Notes: generated by a model not told the origin, from the letters alone. Counted from the stretch's first letter, positions 31,026 to 40,843 are shown. The stretch: DNA of 64,000 nucleotides from Candidatus Marinacidobacterium sp. (GCA_965204755.1 OZ242011.1:1056001-1120000); one strand, 5' to 3'. A program made the numbers and translations.

Positions 31026-31340
31026 AGCGCGGCCCACTGCCGGCGGCCACCCTCCGCGCGCGCGTCCGGACGGGGACGGGGTCGAGACGCCGCCGAAGCC
31101 GCCCGCGGCGCCAAGCCCGGCATCTCCAGGCCCGGCATCGCCGCCTCCGGCCGGGCCGGGCCGCCCCGCCCCGCTCGCTCGGCGAACTCCTCCGCCTCCG
31201 GGCCGGTGATCTTCGTCGTCAGCGGCCCGTTCCCGGCGCCCGCGCCGCGTCGGCCCGGCGAACGCCGAGCCGCTGCTCGAGGGCCGTGACGCGGGCGCGC
31301 GCCCCGGGGCCGGTGAGGCCGGAAGCGGCGCCGGGCCGCC

Positions 31341-31736
31341 TCAGGTGAACCGGAGCGCGACGAACAGGAGGCCGAGAGCGGCGAACATCACCATCAACTG
31401 TTTGTTCGTCTGTTGGCTCATCTTGGCGAGCAAGTCCGACCGAAGATCGGCGATCTTCGTGTCCATCATCGCGGTCAACTCGGTCCGCAGACTCTGGATG
31501 TCCTTCTTCGTGGAGACCTCCAAGCGTTCGATGTCCTCTTTCGTGGCGAGCGCCACGCGTTCCACGCGCTTGATGTCGTCCTTCGTGGAGACCTCCAGGC
31601 GTTCGATGTCGTCCTTCGTGGCCAAGCGGGTTCCCGCGTGGGCGACGATCGCCACGATGGCTTCCGCCTGCGGGGTGGCGAAGCCCGCCTTCTCGAGTTG
31701 GCGGGTGGCCTGGAGGGTGTCAACGAGGGGCGACAT
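31341..31736 (-). CDS. DUF1640/CCDC90-like coiled-coil protein with C-terminal TM anchor
   Basis: DTLQATRQLEKAGFATPQAEAIV, four TK(D/E/K)DI repeats, hydrophobic C-terminus. Confidence 0.8.
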   Translation of the reverse strand: MSPLVDTLQATRQLEKAGFATPQAEAIVAIVAHAGTRLATKDDIERLEVSTKDDIKRVERVALATKEDIERLEVSTKKDIQSLRTELTAMMDTKIADLRSDLLAKMSQQTNKQLMVMFAALGLLFVALRFT

Positions 31737-31912
31737 GCCGGGAACCTCCTCGACGAGGACTACCGCCCCGTCTTCGGGAGAAGGGTAGCGCGATTCCTCC
31801 CGGCGGGGGGTCGGGTCGGCCGGCGCCGCCGGGAGGCCGAATCACCAGGTGATCGGAGCCGGCGACGGGACACGGCAGCAGGGCGCCTCTCCCGCGGGCC
31901 GTGACCTCCGGG

Positions 31913-33763
31913 CTACGCCCCCCGGGCCATTCGCGCCCGGACTTCTTCGATCTCGCGGGTGACTTCCAGAATCGCCCGCAGCGTGTCCTCGCCCCCGGCG
32001 CCGCCCCCGGCCCCCTCGCGCACCGCGGCGCGGAGACGCTCCTGGTCCCGGCGGAGCCGCCGGAGGCGCAGGGCGGAAAAGCAGTCCTCGGGGCGCTGAC
32101 CGTCTTCGTCCAGCCGCACCGACGCCATCAGGATCTCGTTCACCTGCCGCTGCACCGGCCCCGGTTCCGCCGCCGACCTCCCGACGAGCCCCTCCCAGTC
32201 GTCGCGGCCCGCCGCCGCGGCCTCCTTCATCGCCAGCAGGAGCGGGGTGGTCGCCAACCCTTCGAGGTCCTCCGGCCCGGTCTCGCGGAGCAGCCGGGCG
32301 ATGTCGCCGGGCCGCGACTCCGCCCAGAGGATCAGGTCGCGCTCCACCGGCGTCGGGGGGCTTGCCCGGTCGGCGTCTCCCGGAGGCCCCGCCGGCCGGC
32401 CCCCCGACTGGCCCGCCGGCTGGCCCGCCGGCCGGCCCGCCGGGACGGGCCCGGCGGTCCCGGAGACCCGCGCCGGCCGCTGGCGGGCGCGTTCCACTTC
32501 CGCGGCGAAGGCGTCCGGCGAGAACCCCAGCCGTCCGGCCGCCTCGCGCGTCCAGTCGTCGCGGGCGAGCGCGTCCGCCGACCCGGCGATCACTTCCGCC
32601 ACCCGGCGGGCCGCCTCCCGCCGCGCCTCCGAACCGGCGGCGGCCCCGCCGGGCGCGCGGAGCGCTTCGTCCAGCAGGAACTCCAGGAAACCCGGCGCCG
32701 CGGCGAGCCGCTCCCGGAACGCCGCCCCGCCCTGCTCCCGGATCGCGTCGTCGGGGTCGCCGCCCTCCTCGAACGAGGCCACCCGCGCGGAGAGGCCGGC
32801 GGCGAGCAGCACCGAAATCGCCGCCTCCGCCGCCTTCCTCCCGGCGGAATCCGAGTCGAACGCCACGACGACTTCCCGGCAGGACGGCGCGAGCAGCCGC
32901 GCGTGCTCCGGGCTGAGCGCCGTCCCGCAGACGGCGACCGCGCCGGGGATGCCCGCCTGCCAGGCGGTGAGACAGTCGAAGTACCCCTCGAAGAGGACGG
33001 CCGAGCGCTCGGAGCGGATCGCCGGGCGCGCCCGGTCGAGCCCGTAGAGCACCGACCGCTTGTGGTAGATCGGGTTCTCCGGGCTGTTCACATACTTCGG
33101 CTCCGACCCGTCGAGGCTCCGCCCGGCGAAGGCGGCGACCCGCCCCTGGGCGTCGTGGATCGGCACGATGAGCCGGTTCCGGAAGAAGTCGTACCGCTTG
33201 CCGCCTTTCCCTTCCCGGCAGAGACCCAACTCCACGAGCGCCGACGCCGGGATCCCCTGCTTCCCGAGCGTCTCCCCGAGCCGGTTCCAGGCGTCCGGCG
33301 CGAATCCCAGCCCGCACTCGTCGATCGTCCGGTCGGTGAGCCCGCGCTCCCGGAGGTAGTCGAGCGCCTTCCGCCCTTCCGCCCCGCGCAGTTGCCGGCG
33401 GAAAAAGCGCCGCGCATGTTCGCTCGCGTCCCGCAGCGCCTCGGTCCGGGAAGCCTTCTTCGAGTCGCGCTCCGGCATGGGGATCCCGGCCCGCCGCGCC
33501 AGCGCCGCGAGCGCCCCGGGGAAGTCGAGCCCCTCGGTCTTCATCGCGAACGCGAAGACATCCCCGCTCGCCCGGCAGCCGAAGCAGTAGTAGGCCTGCC
33601 GCTCCTCGCTCACCGAGAAGGAAGGCGTCTTCTCCTCGTGGAACGGGCAGAGGCCCTTGTAGCGCCCCGGCCCGGAGGTCCGCAGCGCGACCCGTTCCCC
33701 GACGACCACGACGATGTCGTTCGCCTGCCGGACGCGCTCCCGAAACGCGTCGTCGCCCGGCAT
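31913..33763 (-). CDS. dnaG: DNA primase
   Basis: CPFHEEKTPSF, CFGC, FRNRL, PKYVNSPE, EGYFD, DSDSAG, DPDD. Confidence 0.96.
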   Translation of the reverse strand: MPGDDAFRERVRQANDIVVVVGERVALRTSGPGRYKGLCPFHEEKTPSFSVSEERQAYYCFGCRASGDVFAFAMKTEGLDFPGALAALARRAGIPMPERDSKKASRTEALRDASEHARRFFRRQLRGAEGRKALDYLRERGLTDRTIDECGLGFAPDAWNRLGETLGKQGIPASALVELGLCREGKGGKRYDFFRNRLIVPIHDAQGRVAAFAGRSLDGSEPKYVNSPENPIYHKRSVLYGLDRARPAIRSERSAVLFEGYFDCLTAWQAGIPGAVAVCGTALSPEHARLLAPSCREVVVAFDSDSAGRKAAEAAISVLLAAGLSARVASFEEGGDPDDAIREQGGAAFRERLAAAPGFLEFLLDEALRAPGGAAAGSEARREAARRVAEVIAGSADALARDDWTREAAGRLGFSPDAFAAEVERARQRPARVSGTAGPVPAGRPAGQPAGQSGGRPAGPPGDADRASPPTPVERDLILWAESRPGDIARLLRETGPEDLEGLATTPLLLAMKEAAAAGRDDWEGLVGRSAAEPGPVQRQVNEILMASVRLDEDGQRPEDCFSALRLRRLRRDQERLRAAVREGAGGGAGGEDTLRAILEVTREIEEVRARMARGA

Positions 33764-33893
33764 CCGCGCCAGCATAATCCCGCCGTGGCCGCCGTCGAAC
33801 CCGCCCGGCGAATCCGCCGCCGACGGCCTCCCCGGCGCCGCACGGCAGCGCCCGGATCGATGACCGGCTTCTCCGCGAACCGCGCGAACCCCG

Positions 33894-34727
33894 TTGCCTG
33901 AATCGCCGCTCCGCGACCTGCTGGACGCGGTCGCCGAGAAGCGGCTGTCCCCCGAAGAAGCCGAACGGCAACTGGAGCGCCGGGCGGCCGCTGACCTGCC
34001 GCTCCCGCCGCCCGTCGAGCCGCTCTCCTCCCCGGACGCCGGCGCGGCTTCCTCGCCGTTCGCCCGGGTGGATCACGACCGGGAACGCCGCCGCGGTTTC
34101 CCCGAGGTGGTCTTCGCCCCGGGCAAGACGCCGGAGCAGGTGGTGGCCATCGTCCGCTCCCTCTCCCGCGCCGCCAGTCGGACGCTCGTGACCCGGGCCA
34201 CCCCGGAACTCGCCGAAGCCGTCCGCTCGGCCGTCCCCGAAGCGGAGTGGCATCCCGACGCCCGCGCCCTCGTCGTCCGCCGCGAGCCCCCGCCCCCGCT
34301 CGACGCCGTGGTCGGCGTCCTCTCCGCCGGCACCGCCGACCAGCCGGTCGCCGAAGAAGCGGCCCTCACCGCCGAACTCGCCGGCGCCGAAGTCCGCCGC
34401 ATCTTCGATGTCGGCGTCGCCGGCATCCACCGGCTGCTGGCGGAGGCGGACGGCCTCCGCGACCTCCACACCCTGGTCGTCGTCGCCGGAATGGAGGCCG
34501 CGCTCGCCCCGGTGGTCGCCGGCCTCCTCCCCTGCCCGGTGATCGCCGTCCCCACTTCCGCCGGCTACGGCGCCTCCTACGGGGGCCTCGCCGCCCTGCT
34601 CGCCCTCCTCAACAGTTGCGCCCCCGGCGTCACCGTCGTGAACATAGACAACGGCTTCGGCGCCGGCTACGCCGCCGCCCTCACCATCACCCACCACCGC
34701 CGCCTGGAGACGGCTGCCGGCGGCTGA
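33894..34727 (+). CDS. larB: Nickel-pincer cofactor biosynthesis protein LarB (PurE-like)
   Basis: GFPEVVFAPGKT, SAGTAD, DVGVAGIHRL, VPTSAGYGA, VVNIDNGFGA. Confidence 0.88.
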   Translation: MPESPLRDLLDAVAEKRLSPEEAERQLERRAAADLPLPPPVEPLSSPDAGAASSPFARVDHDRERRRGFPEVVFAPGKTPEQVVAIVRSLSRAASRTLVTRATPELAEAVRSAVPEAEWHPDARALVVRREPPPPLDAVVGVLSAGTADQPVAEEAALTAELAGAEVRRIFDVGVAGIHRLLAEADGLRDLHTLVVVAGMEAALAPVVAGLLPCPVIAVPTSAGYGASYGGLAALLALLNSCAPGVTVVNIDNGFGAGYAAALTITHHRRLETAAGG

Positions 34728-35014
34728 CGATCTCGGGGGCGGAGACGCTATGGTTCCCGCTACCAGTCGGGGGCTCCGGCGCCCCCGGCCGGGTATGAGT
34801 TCCTACGCCGGACACCCCCACCGCGGCGCTTGCCGCCCCTCCTCCGGGAGGCGCCGTTCGAGAGTTCCGTCGAAGTGCCGGAAGAGCGTCGCTCCCCCCT
34901 GCACCCGCCATTCGACCGCCGGCGCGCCGGGCCGCCGCGTCGGCGCTGCCTGCCGGGCCCCGATGCCCGAACGCCGGCCGTCCCCGACCCCGCCGACTGA
35001 GCGCCGCCGTCCGC

Positions 35015-35761
35015 ATGAGCGTCTCGTATCCCACGAAGATCATCCTGGCGTTCGGAACCGGCGGACGCTGCACCCTGCCGGCCTGCAACCGACCGCTGGC
35101 CCCCGAGGAGGAACACGGCGGGCAGGTGCTGCTCGGGGAAGCCGCGCACATCGCCGGGGAACGGCCGGGGTCCGCCCGATACGACGCGGCGATGACTCCC
35201 GAAGAACGGGACTCTCCGGAAAACCTGATCTATCTTTGCCCCGACTGCCACCGACTCGTAGATCGTTCGCCACGCGACTACCCCGCGACCCGCCTCCACG
35301 CCTACAAACAGGCGCGCGAACGAACCGTGCGGCAGGATCGAGCCGCGGTCATGCCGAGCATCGGCGCCGCCGAACTGAGCGAAGCCGCGCGCTACTTCGA
35401 GGCCCATCCCTCCACACCGGGAGGTTCCGACTTCCCCCTCCTCCACGCGGAAGAGAAACTGCGACTCAACGGCTTGGGGAGTTCGTCGCGCGCGCTGCTC
35501 GGGGTGGGGCTCGACGCCGAGGACCGGGTTCGCGGACTCGTCGATGCGAAGACCGATTCCAGTCCCGATTTCATGAACCGCCTCAAGTACGCCTTCTTGG
35601 GTGAGTACCTCCGCCTCCGGGAGGAGGGGCGGCGAGGGGACGACCTCTTCGCGCTAATGTGCGCGTTCGCCAGCGGCGGCCGAAACGAGCCGTTCGCGGT
35701 GGCCGCCGGCGTCGCCCTCCTCGCCTATCTCTTCGCCGCCTGCGAGATCTTCGAGAAATGA
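35015..35761 (+). CDS. Lamassu/ABC-3C effector: HNH nuclease plus C-terminal domain (LmuA-like)
   Basis: C..P.C, GEAAHIAG, ENLIYLCPDCH.LVD; C-terminal GDDLF...LAYLF..CEIFEK. Confidence 0.8.
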   Translation: MSVSYPTKIILAFGTGGRCTLPACNRPLAPEEEHGGQVLLGEAAHIAGERPGSARYDAAMTPEERDSPENLIYLCPDCHRLVDRSPRDYPATRLHAYKQARERTVRQDRAAVMPSIGAAELSEAARYFEAHPSTPGGSDFPLLHAEEKLRLNGLGSSSRALLGVGLDAEDRVRGLVDAKTDSSPDFMNRLKYAFLGEYLRLREEGRRGDDLFALMCAFASGGRNEPFAVAAGVALLAYLFAACEIFEK

Positions 35762-35982
35762 TCCTTCCGACGAAACACCTGCGCGCCGAGAGGACGCTGC
35801 TCGGCGTCGGCGCCGCCGTTCTGGGCGAGGTGCGCGGTCCGACCACCATGACCCGCCTCTGGAGCCGACTCCGGGGAGATCCGGCGGTAGGGACCTACGA
35901 GCGCTTGGTGCTCGCCGTCGACCTGCTGTTCCTCCTCGGCGCCCTCCGCGTCGAACGAGGAACGATCCGGCCCGGGCCGTGA
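35758..35982 (+). CDS. ABC-3C middle component (LmuC/MC6-like)
   Basis: 74 aa MILPTKHL...RLVLAVDLLFLLG; 4-nt overlaps on both sides. Confidence 0.75.
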   Translation: MILPTKHLRAERTLLGVGAAVLGEVRGPTTMTRLWSRLRGDPAVGTYERLVLAVDLLFLLGALRVERGTIRPGP

Positions 35983-37739
35983 TCCACACCGTCTCCGCCG
36001 ACCGCGAGAGTTTCCGGCCGGTGCATTTCGAGCCCGGCCTCAACATCGTTCTCGCCGACCGGCGCGGCGGCTCCACGGAGAAGGACACCAGGAACGGCGT
36101 CGGCAAGTCCGCGCTGATCGACATCGTCCACTACTGCCTGGGCAGCCGTTCGCCGTGTCCGAAGATCGAGAGCCCGGCCCTGGCCGGATGGACCTTCCGA
36201 CTCGACCTCACCCTCGGCGCCGACCGCGGCACGGTGTCGCGTTCCGTAGCGGAACCGGAATTGATCACTGTCGGCGGCGACCTGCTCCGCCTGCTCCCCG
36301 AACTGGACCTCCGACCGTCGCCCGCCGATGAGGAGACCGTGCCGATCGGTATCTGGAAGCGAGCCCTCGGTCGGGCGCTCTTCGACCTGCCCGACGATCC
36401 GCCCGGCGCTGACCCGGCGCGCGGGAGCACGCCGAGTTTCCGCCGCCTGGTGTCCTACCTCGCCCGCCGGCGACCCGGCGCGTACCTCGACGCGATGACC
36501 TCCTCCCCTCGTCAGTCCGCATCGGACCGGAACATCGCAATCTCCCACCTCCTGGGTCTGGACTCGACGGTCGCGGCCCGCTGGGCGGCGCTCCGGACGC
36601 GGGAGTCCGATCTCCGAACCGCCGGCCCGGTCGAGGAAAACGGCCTCACCGGCCCTTCGTCCCGACCGACCGAAGAACTCGAAACGCGCCGGCGGCAAAT
36701 CGAACAGGAGGTCGGCGCCTCCGCGTCCGCGCTCGACACTTTCCAGGTACACCCGCGTTATGGGCCGCTCCTGAAGGAGGCCAACGACCTCACCCTGACC
36801 CTCCAGGAACTCGCCGATCTCAACTTCGCGGACGGCCTGAGGCTCACCCGCTACCGCGAATCGATCGTGGAGGAGAAGCCGCCGGAGGCCCTCTCCCTGG
36901 AGCGCGTCTATGCCGAGGCCGGCGTCGTGTTTCCGGAGGGCGTGCGACGCACGCTGGAAGAAGCGCGCGAATTCCATCGCCGGCGCGTGCTGGACCGCCG
37001 TGAGTTCCTCGCGCCCACGATGGCCGAACTGGAGCGGACCGTACGGCAGCGAAAGGAGAAGATCCGGGAACTGAGCGAGGCGCGCGATTCGATCATGGCG
37101 GTCCTCGAAAGCCGCGGGGCGTTGGACGAGTACGCCCGACTCCACGAGCGGCGGGTGGCGCTGCGCGAGGAATTGGAAGCCGTCCGGCGCGAAATCGCCG
37201 AGCGAAACGCGAAGGAGGAGCGGAAGCGCGAGATCGCAGAGGAGCGCTCACTCCTCGAGCGGCTGGCGCGGCAGGACTGCGAGGAGCGCCGCCCCGTCCG
37301 CGAGGCCGCCATACGGTGGTTCCACGAGAACTCGCGCGCCCTCTACCGGTCGCCCGGTGACTTGGTCATCGATGCCAACTCGAACGGCTACGAGTACGGG
37401 GCCGCCATCGAGCGCGGCGCCGGCGACGGGATCGAACGGATGCAGATCTTCTGCTTCGACCTCGCGGTGCTGCAACTGCAGCGATATCTCGAACGAGGTA
37501 TGGACTTCCTGATCCACGACTCCCTGCTGTTCGACCCCGTGGACGCGCGCCAGCGGGCGCGGGCGCTGGAGCGGGCCCACGAAGTGACGACCGAGATGGG
37601 GGCGCAGTACATCTGCACCCTGAACTCGGACATGGTTCCCGAAGGGGACTTCTCTCCGGATTTCGACTACCGGCGATTCGTCCGCCTGCGCCTCTCCGAC
37701 GAGTCCCCGGAAGGACGGCTGCTCGGTATCCACTACTGA
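35979..37739 (+). CDS. Lamassu SMC-like ABC ATPase (LmuB, DUF2326)
   Basis: FEPGLNIVLA, TRNGVGKS, coiled coil, FCFDL, FLIHDSLLFDPVDARQ, QYICTLN, LLGIHY. Confidence 0.85.
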   Translation: MIHTVSADRESFRPVHFEPGLNIVLADRRGGSTEKDTRNGVGKSALIDIVHYCLGSRSPCPKIESPALAGWTFRLDLTLGADRGTVSRSVAEPELITVGGDLLRLLPELDLRPSPADEETVPIGIWKRALGRALFDLPDDPPGADPARGSTPSFRRLVSYLARRRPGAYLDAMTSSPRQSASDRNIAISHLLGLDSTVAARWAALRTRESDLRTAGPVEENGLTGPSSRPTEELETRRRQIEQEVGASASALDTFQVHPRYGPLLKEANDLTLTLQELADLNFADGLRLTRYRESIVEEKPPEALSLERVYAEAGVVFPEGVRRTLEEAREFHRRRVLDRREFLAPTMAELERTVRQRKEKIRELSEARDSIMAVLESRGALDEYARLHERRVALREELEAVRREIAERNAKEERKREIAEERSLLERLARQDCEERRPVREAAIRWFHENSRALYRSPGDLVIDANSNGYEYGAAIERGAGDGIERMQIFCFDLAVLQLQRYLERGMDFLIHDSLLFDPVDARQRARALERAHEVTTEMGAQYICTLNSDMVPEGDFSPDFDYRRFVRLRLSDESPEGRLLGIHY

Positions 37740-39160
37740 CCGCCCGCGGGTCCGGCGCCCCGCTCTCCCCTTCCCCGCCGGAAGGCGTACCGTCCCGCGC
37801 CGAGTGCGAGGAGCGCGGCGGGCGGCAGGTATTCGAGGAAGCGGAGCGGGAGCGGGAGCGTCCAAGGTTCGCCCGGAGGGGTCGTCCAGAAGGGGTAGTA
37901 GGCGAGGACGGTGGTGAGGGTGAGTGTCAGCGCCGCGGAGTAGAGGGAGCGGCGCTCCGGGTGGAGGACGAGGAAGGGCAGGCACCAGAGGAGGTACCAC
38001 GGGTGGGCGGTGGGGGTCAGCAGGAAGGCGGCGCCGGCCAGGAGGCCGAACGCGAGACTCGCCGGCGGGGCGGGGCGGCGGGCGAGGAGGGCGGCGAAGA
38101 CGGCGGCCAGCAGGGCGAAGGCCGCCGGGCGGGCGTAGGCGCCGAACGCAGCCTCGACGGCGGGGAAGAGGCTGTCGTTGAACCGCCAGTGGCGGAGGTA
38201 GTGGCCGAGGCTGAACCGGAACTCCGCGAGGCGCGCAGCGAGGCCGTCCGGGGCGGCCGCGGGGGAGAGGAACGGGGCGGCGACGACTGCGGTGGAAACG
38301 GCCGCGGCGAACGCCAGCGCGAGGCGGCGGCGCCGGTCGGCGAGGCGGCGCCAGAGGAAGGGGAGGAGGACGAAGCCGGCGAACTTCACCGTCCCCGAGA
38401 GCGCCGCCAGCGCGCCTGCGAGCGCCGGGCGCGAAGCGGTGGCGGCGAGGGCGGCGGCGGCGAGCGCGACGCCGAGGACATCGCCGTGGCCGCTGCCGGC
38501 GATTTCGACGAGGGGCAGCGGGTTCCACGCGTACGCGACCACGAGGAGCGGGTCGCGGCCCCGGCGGCGGAGGAGCGCGATGAGGGCGGCGACCAGCGCC
38601 GCTTCCGCCAGCACGAGCGCCGCCTTCATCGCCCGCGGGCTCGTCGAAACGGCGGTGATGGCGGCGGCGAAGGCTTGCGCCCCCGGCGGGTAGATCGCCG
38701 GCAACTTCCAGTACTCCACCCGCTCGCGGATTTCGGGATGGCGGGCGCGGAGGTCTTCGAGTTCCGGCGCGTCCGGCGGGGACCGCCACGGGTCGTGGCC
38801 CGCCGCCACCACCCGCCCCTCCCAGATCGCGCGGTAGATGTCCCCGGAGAGCGCGGGCGGCGCGGCGAGAAAGAGCAGCCGCGCGAGCGCCGCGGCGCCG
38901 AGCGCGAGGACGAGCGCCCGCCGCCGACCGGCCGGCGGCGGGGCGGCGGAAGAGCCGGCGGAGCGCCCCCGGCCCCGGAGCAGCGGCCGGAGCGCGAGGA
39001 CGAGCGGCGCGAACATCGCCGCATGCAGCGCGGCGTGCGCCGCGAACCCGGCGACCCCGCTGACATCCGAAGCCAGCAGCAGGGCGAGCGCTCCGGCGAG
39101 GGCGATCCACACCGCCGCCAGCGCCGCCGACCGGCGCTCCGCGCGCGCCGCGCCGGACAC
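37733..39160 (-). CDS. GT-C/GT87-like membrane glycosyltransferase (DUF2029-like)
   Basis: LSGDIYRAIWEG, AIYPPGAQ, YAWNPL..VE...GH.D, HPWYLLW; many TM helices. Confidence 0.75.
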   Translation of the reverse strand: MSGAARAERRSAALAAVWIALAGALALLLASDVSGVAGFAAHAALHAAMFAPLVLALRPLLRGRGRSAGSSAAPPPAGRRRALVLALGAAALARLLFLAAPPALSGDIYRAIWEGRVVAAGHDPWRSPPDAPELEDLRARHPEIRERVEYWKLPAIYPPGAQAFAAAITAVSTSPRAMKAALVLAEAALVAALIALLRRRGRDPLLVVAYAWNPLPLVEIAGSGHGDVLGVALAAAALAATASRPALAGALAALSGTVKFAGFVLLPFLWRRLADRRRRLALAFAAAVSTAVVAAPFLSPAAAPDGLAARLAEFRFSLGHYLRHWRFNDSLFPAVEAAFGAYARPAAFALLAAVFAALLARRPAPPASLAFGLLAGAAFLLTPTAHPWYLLWCLPFLVLHPERRSLYSAALTLTLTTVLAYYPFWTTPPGEPWTLPLPLRFLEYLPPAALLALGAGRYAFRRGRGERGAGPAGGQ

Positions 39161-39272
39161 GAAGAGCCGCCGCCCCGCCCCGGGCTAGACTCGCCGCGCG
39201 GTCAGGGAAAGGGGGTTGAGCATGGCCGGGCGGCGCCGCCCCGGAACCGGTTCGAAGGCCGCCCCCCGGATG

Positions 39273-39307
39273 AGGACGACGGGGACGACGGGGACGACGG
39301 GGACGAC
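39273..39307. repeat. 9-bp tandem repeat (GGACGACGG) x~4
   Basis: Seen directly upstream of the MTase gene. Confidence 0.75.
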
Positions 39308-39373
39308 GCGCCGGAAGGGTACGCCGGGCGCTGCGAGACCCGGCGCGCCACCGACCCCGGCGAGGCGCGCGCG

Positions 39374-40819
39374 ATGAACCTCATACCGCCAGTCGCACCC
39401 GACACCGTCCACTTCGGCGACTGCCTCGAAGTGATGTCCCGCTGGCGGCCGGAGCAGGTGGACCTGATCTACCTCGATCCGCCGTTCCGCTCGCAACGCG
39501 ACTACCGACTCACCTTCCGAAGCAGCGCCGACGGGAGACGCCGACCGCGCAAGGCGCCCGCCTTCGAGGACACCTGGCGATGGGACGCCGCCGCCGCGAA
39601 GCGCGTCCGCGAACTCACGAACCGCGCCGGGAAGATCGCCGGCGCCATCGAAGGTCTCCGGCTCGCGCTCGGCCCTTCCGGGATGCTCGCCTATCTCGCC
39701 TATATGGCCGAGCGGCTCGCCGAAGCGCAGCGCCTCCTCAAACCCGCCGGCAGCATCTATCTCCACTGCGATCCCGCGGCGTCGCACTACCTCAAGGTCG
39801 TCATGGACGCGGTCTTCGGCGCCGGGAACTTCCGGAACGAGATCGTCTGGCGGATCGGCTGGGTTTCCGGCTTCAAGACGAGGAAACGCGGTTGGATCCG
39901 CAACCACGACACGATCCTCTACTACGGGAACGGCGGCCCGACCACCTTCCACAAGGAATACCTGCCGTATCCGGAGGGTTACCGCCGGCGCGGCGAACGC
40001 GGAAAACCGACCGGCCGCGGCATTCCCCTCGAAGACACTTGGAACTGCAGCGCCGCCGACCGACTCGACTCGATCATGATCACCAGTTTCTCCAAGGAGA
40101 AACTGGGATACCCGACGCAGAAACCGGAAGCGCTGCTGCGCCGGATCATCCGGGCCTCCAGCAACGAGGGCGACCTGGTGCTCGACCCCTTCTGCGGTTG
40201 CGGCACGACCATGGCGGCGGCGCTGAAGGAGAACCGGCGATGGGCCGGCATCGAGGTCTCCCCGTTCGCGGTGTCCCCGGTAGTCGAGAACCGCCTGCGC
40301 CCGCTCGTCGGCGGCAAGGTGAACCTCGCCGGGTTCCCCACCCGGATGGAGGAAGCCGAACGCCTGGCGGCGAACGACCGCACCCGTTTCGAGGCATGGG
40401 CGGTGAACCTGATCCCCGGCATGGCGCCGAGCGAAAGGCGGCCCGGGGACGGCGGCATGGAGGGCCGCGGAGAGTTCCTCCGCGACATCGAAGGTTTCGA
40501 CTGCGGGGGGGCGGTCGCGCGAGTCGAGAGCGGAACCGCAACCATGGACTCGGTGCTCACCTTCGCCCGCTCCCTCGACGACCCGGACAGCCGCGCGGTC
40601 GCCGGGGTCTTCATCACCAGGAGGCCGACTACGACTGCGGGCATGAAGGCGGAAGCGGCGAAACTCGGCTCCTTCCGCCTCCGCGGGAGCGCCGGGGAGT
40701 ACCCCCGGTTCTCGTTCTGGAGCGTCGAGGAGCACTTCGCCGGCATCCGACCCGACCTCCCTCCCCTCACCGACCCGCTCACCGGAGGGGAACGCCGCGC
40801 CTACCTCGCGCTCCCGTAG
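39374..40819 (+). CDS. Beta-class N6A/N4C DNA methyltransferase with a degenerate C-terminal Mrr-like domain
   Basis: GDCLEVM, DLIYLDPPF, YPTQKPEALL, LDPFCGCGTT. Confidence 0.9.
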   Translation: MNLIPPVAPDTVHFGDCLEVMSRWRPEQVDLIYLDPPFRSQRDYRLTFRSSADGRRRPRKAPAFEDTWRWDAAAAKRVRELTNRAGKIAGAIEGLRLALGPSGMLAYLAYMAERLAEAQRLLKPAGSIYLHCDPAASHYLKVVMDAVFGAGNFRNEIVWRIGWVSGFKTRKRGWIRNHDTILYYGNGGPTTFHKEYLPYPEGYRRRGERGKPTGRGIPLEDTWNCSAADRLDSIMITSFSKEKLGYPTQKPEALLRRIIRASSNEGDLVLDPFCGCGTTMAAALKENRRWAGIEVSPFAVSPVVENRLRPLVGGKVNLAGFPTRMEEAERLAANDRTRFEAWAVNLIPGMAPSERRPGDGGMEGRGEFLRDIEGFDCGGAVARVESGTATMDSVLTFARSLDDPDSRAVAGVFITRRPTTTAGMKAEAAKLGSFRLRGSAGEYPRFSFWSVEEHFAGIRPDLPPLTDPLTGGERRAYLALP

Positions 40820-40843
40820 AATCCCCCGCCCGACAGTCGGCCG

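Noticed and set aside
39273-39307. 9-, 12- and 13-bp repeats as mini-CRISPRs or iterons
   Set aside because: Head-to-tail without spacers, no cas or rep gene; consistent with slippage duplications.
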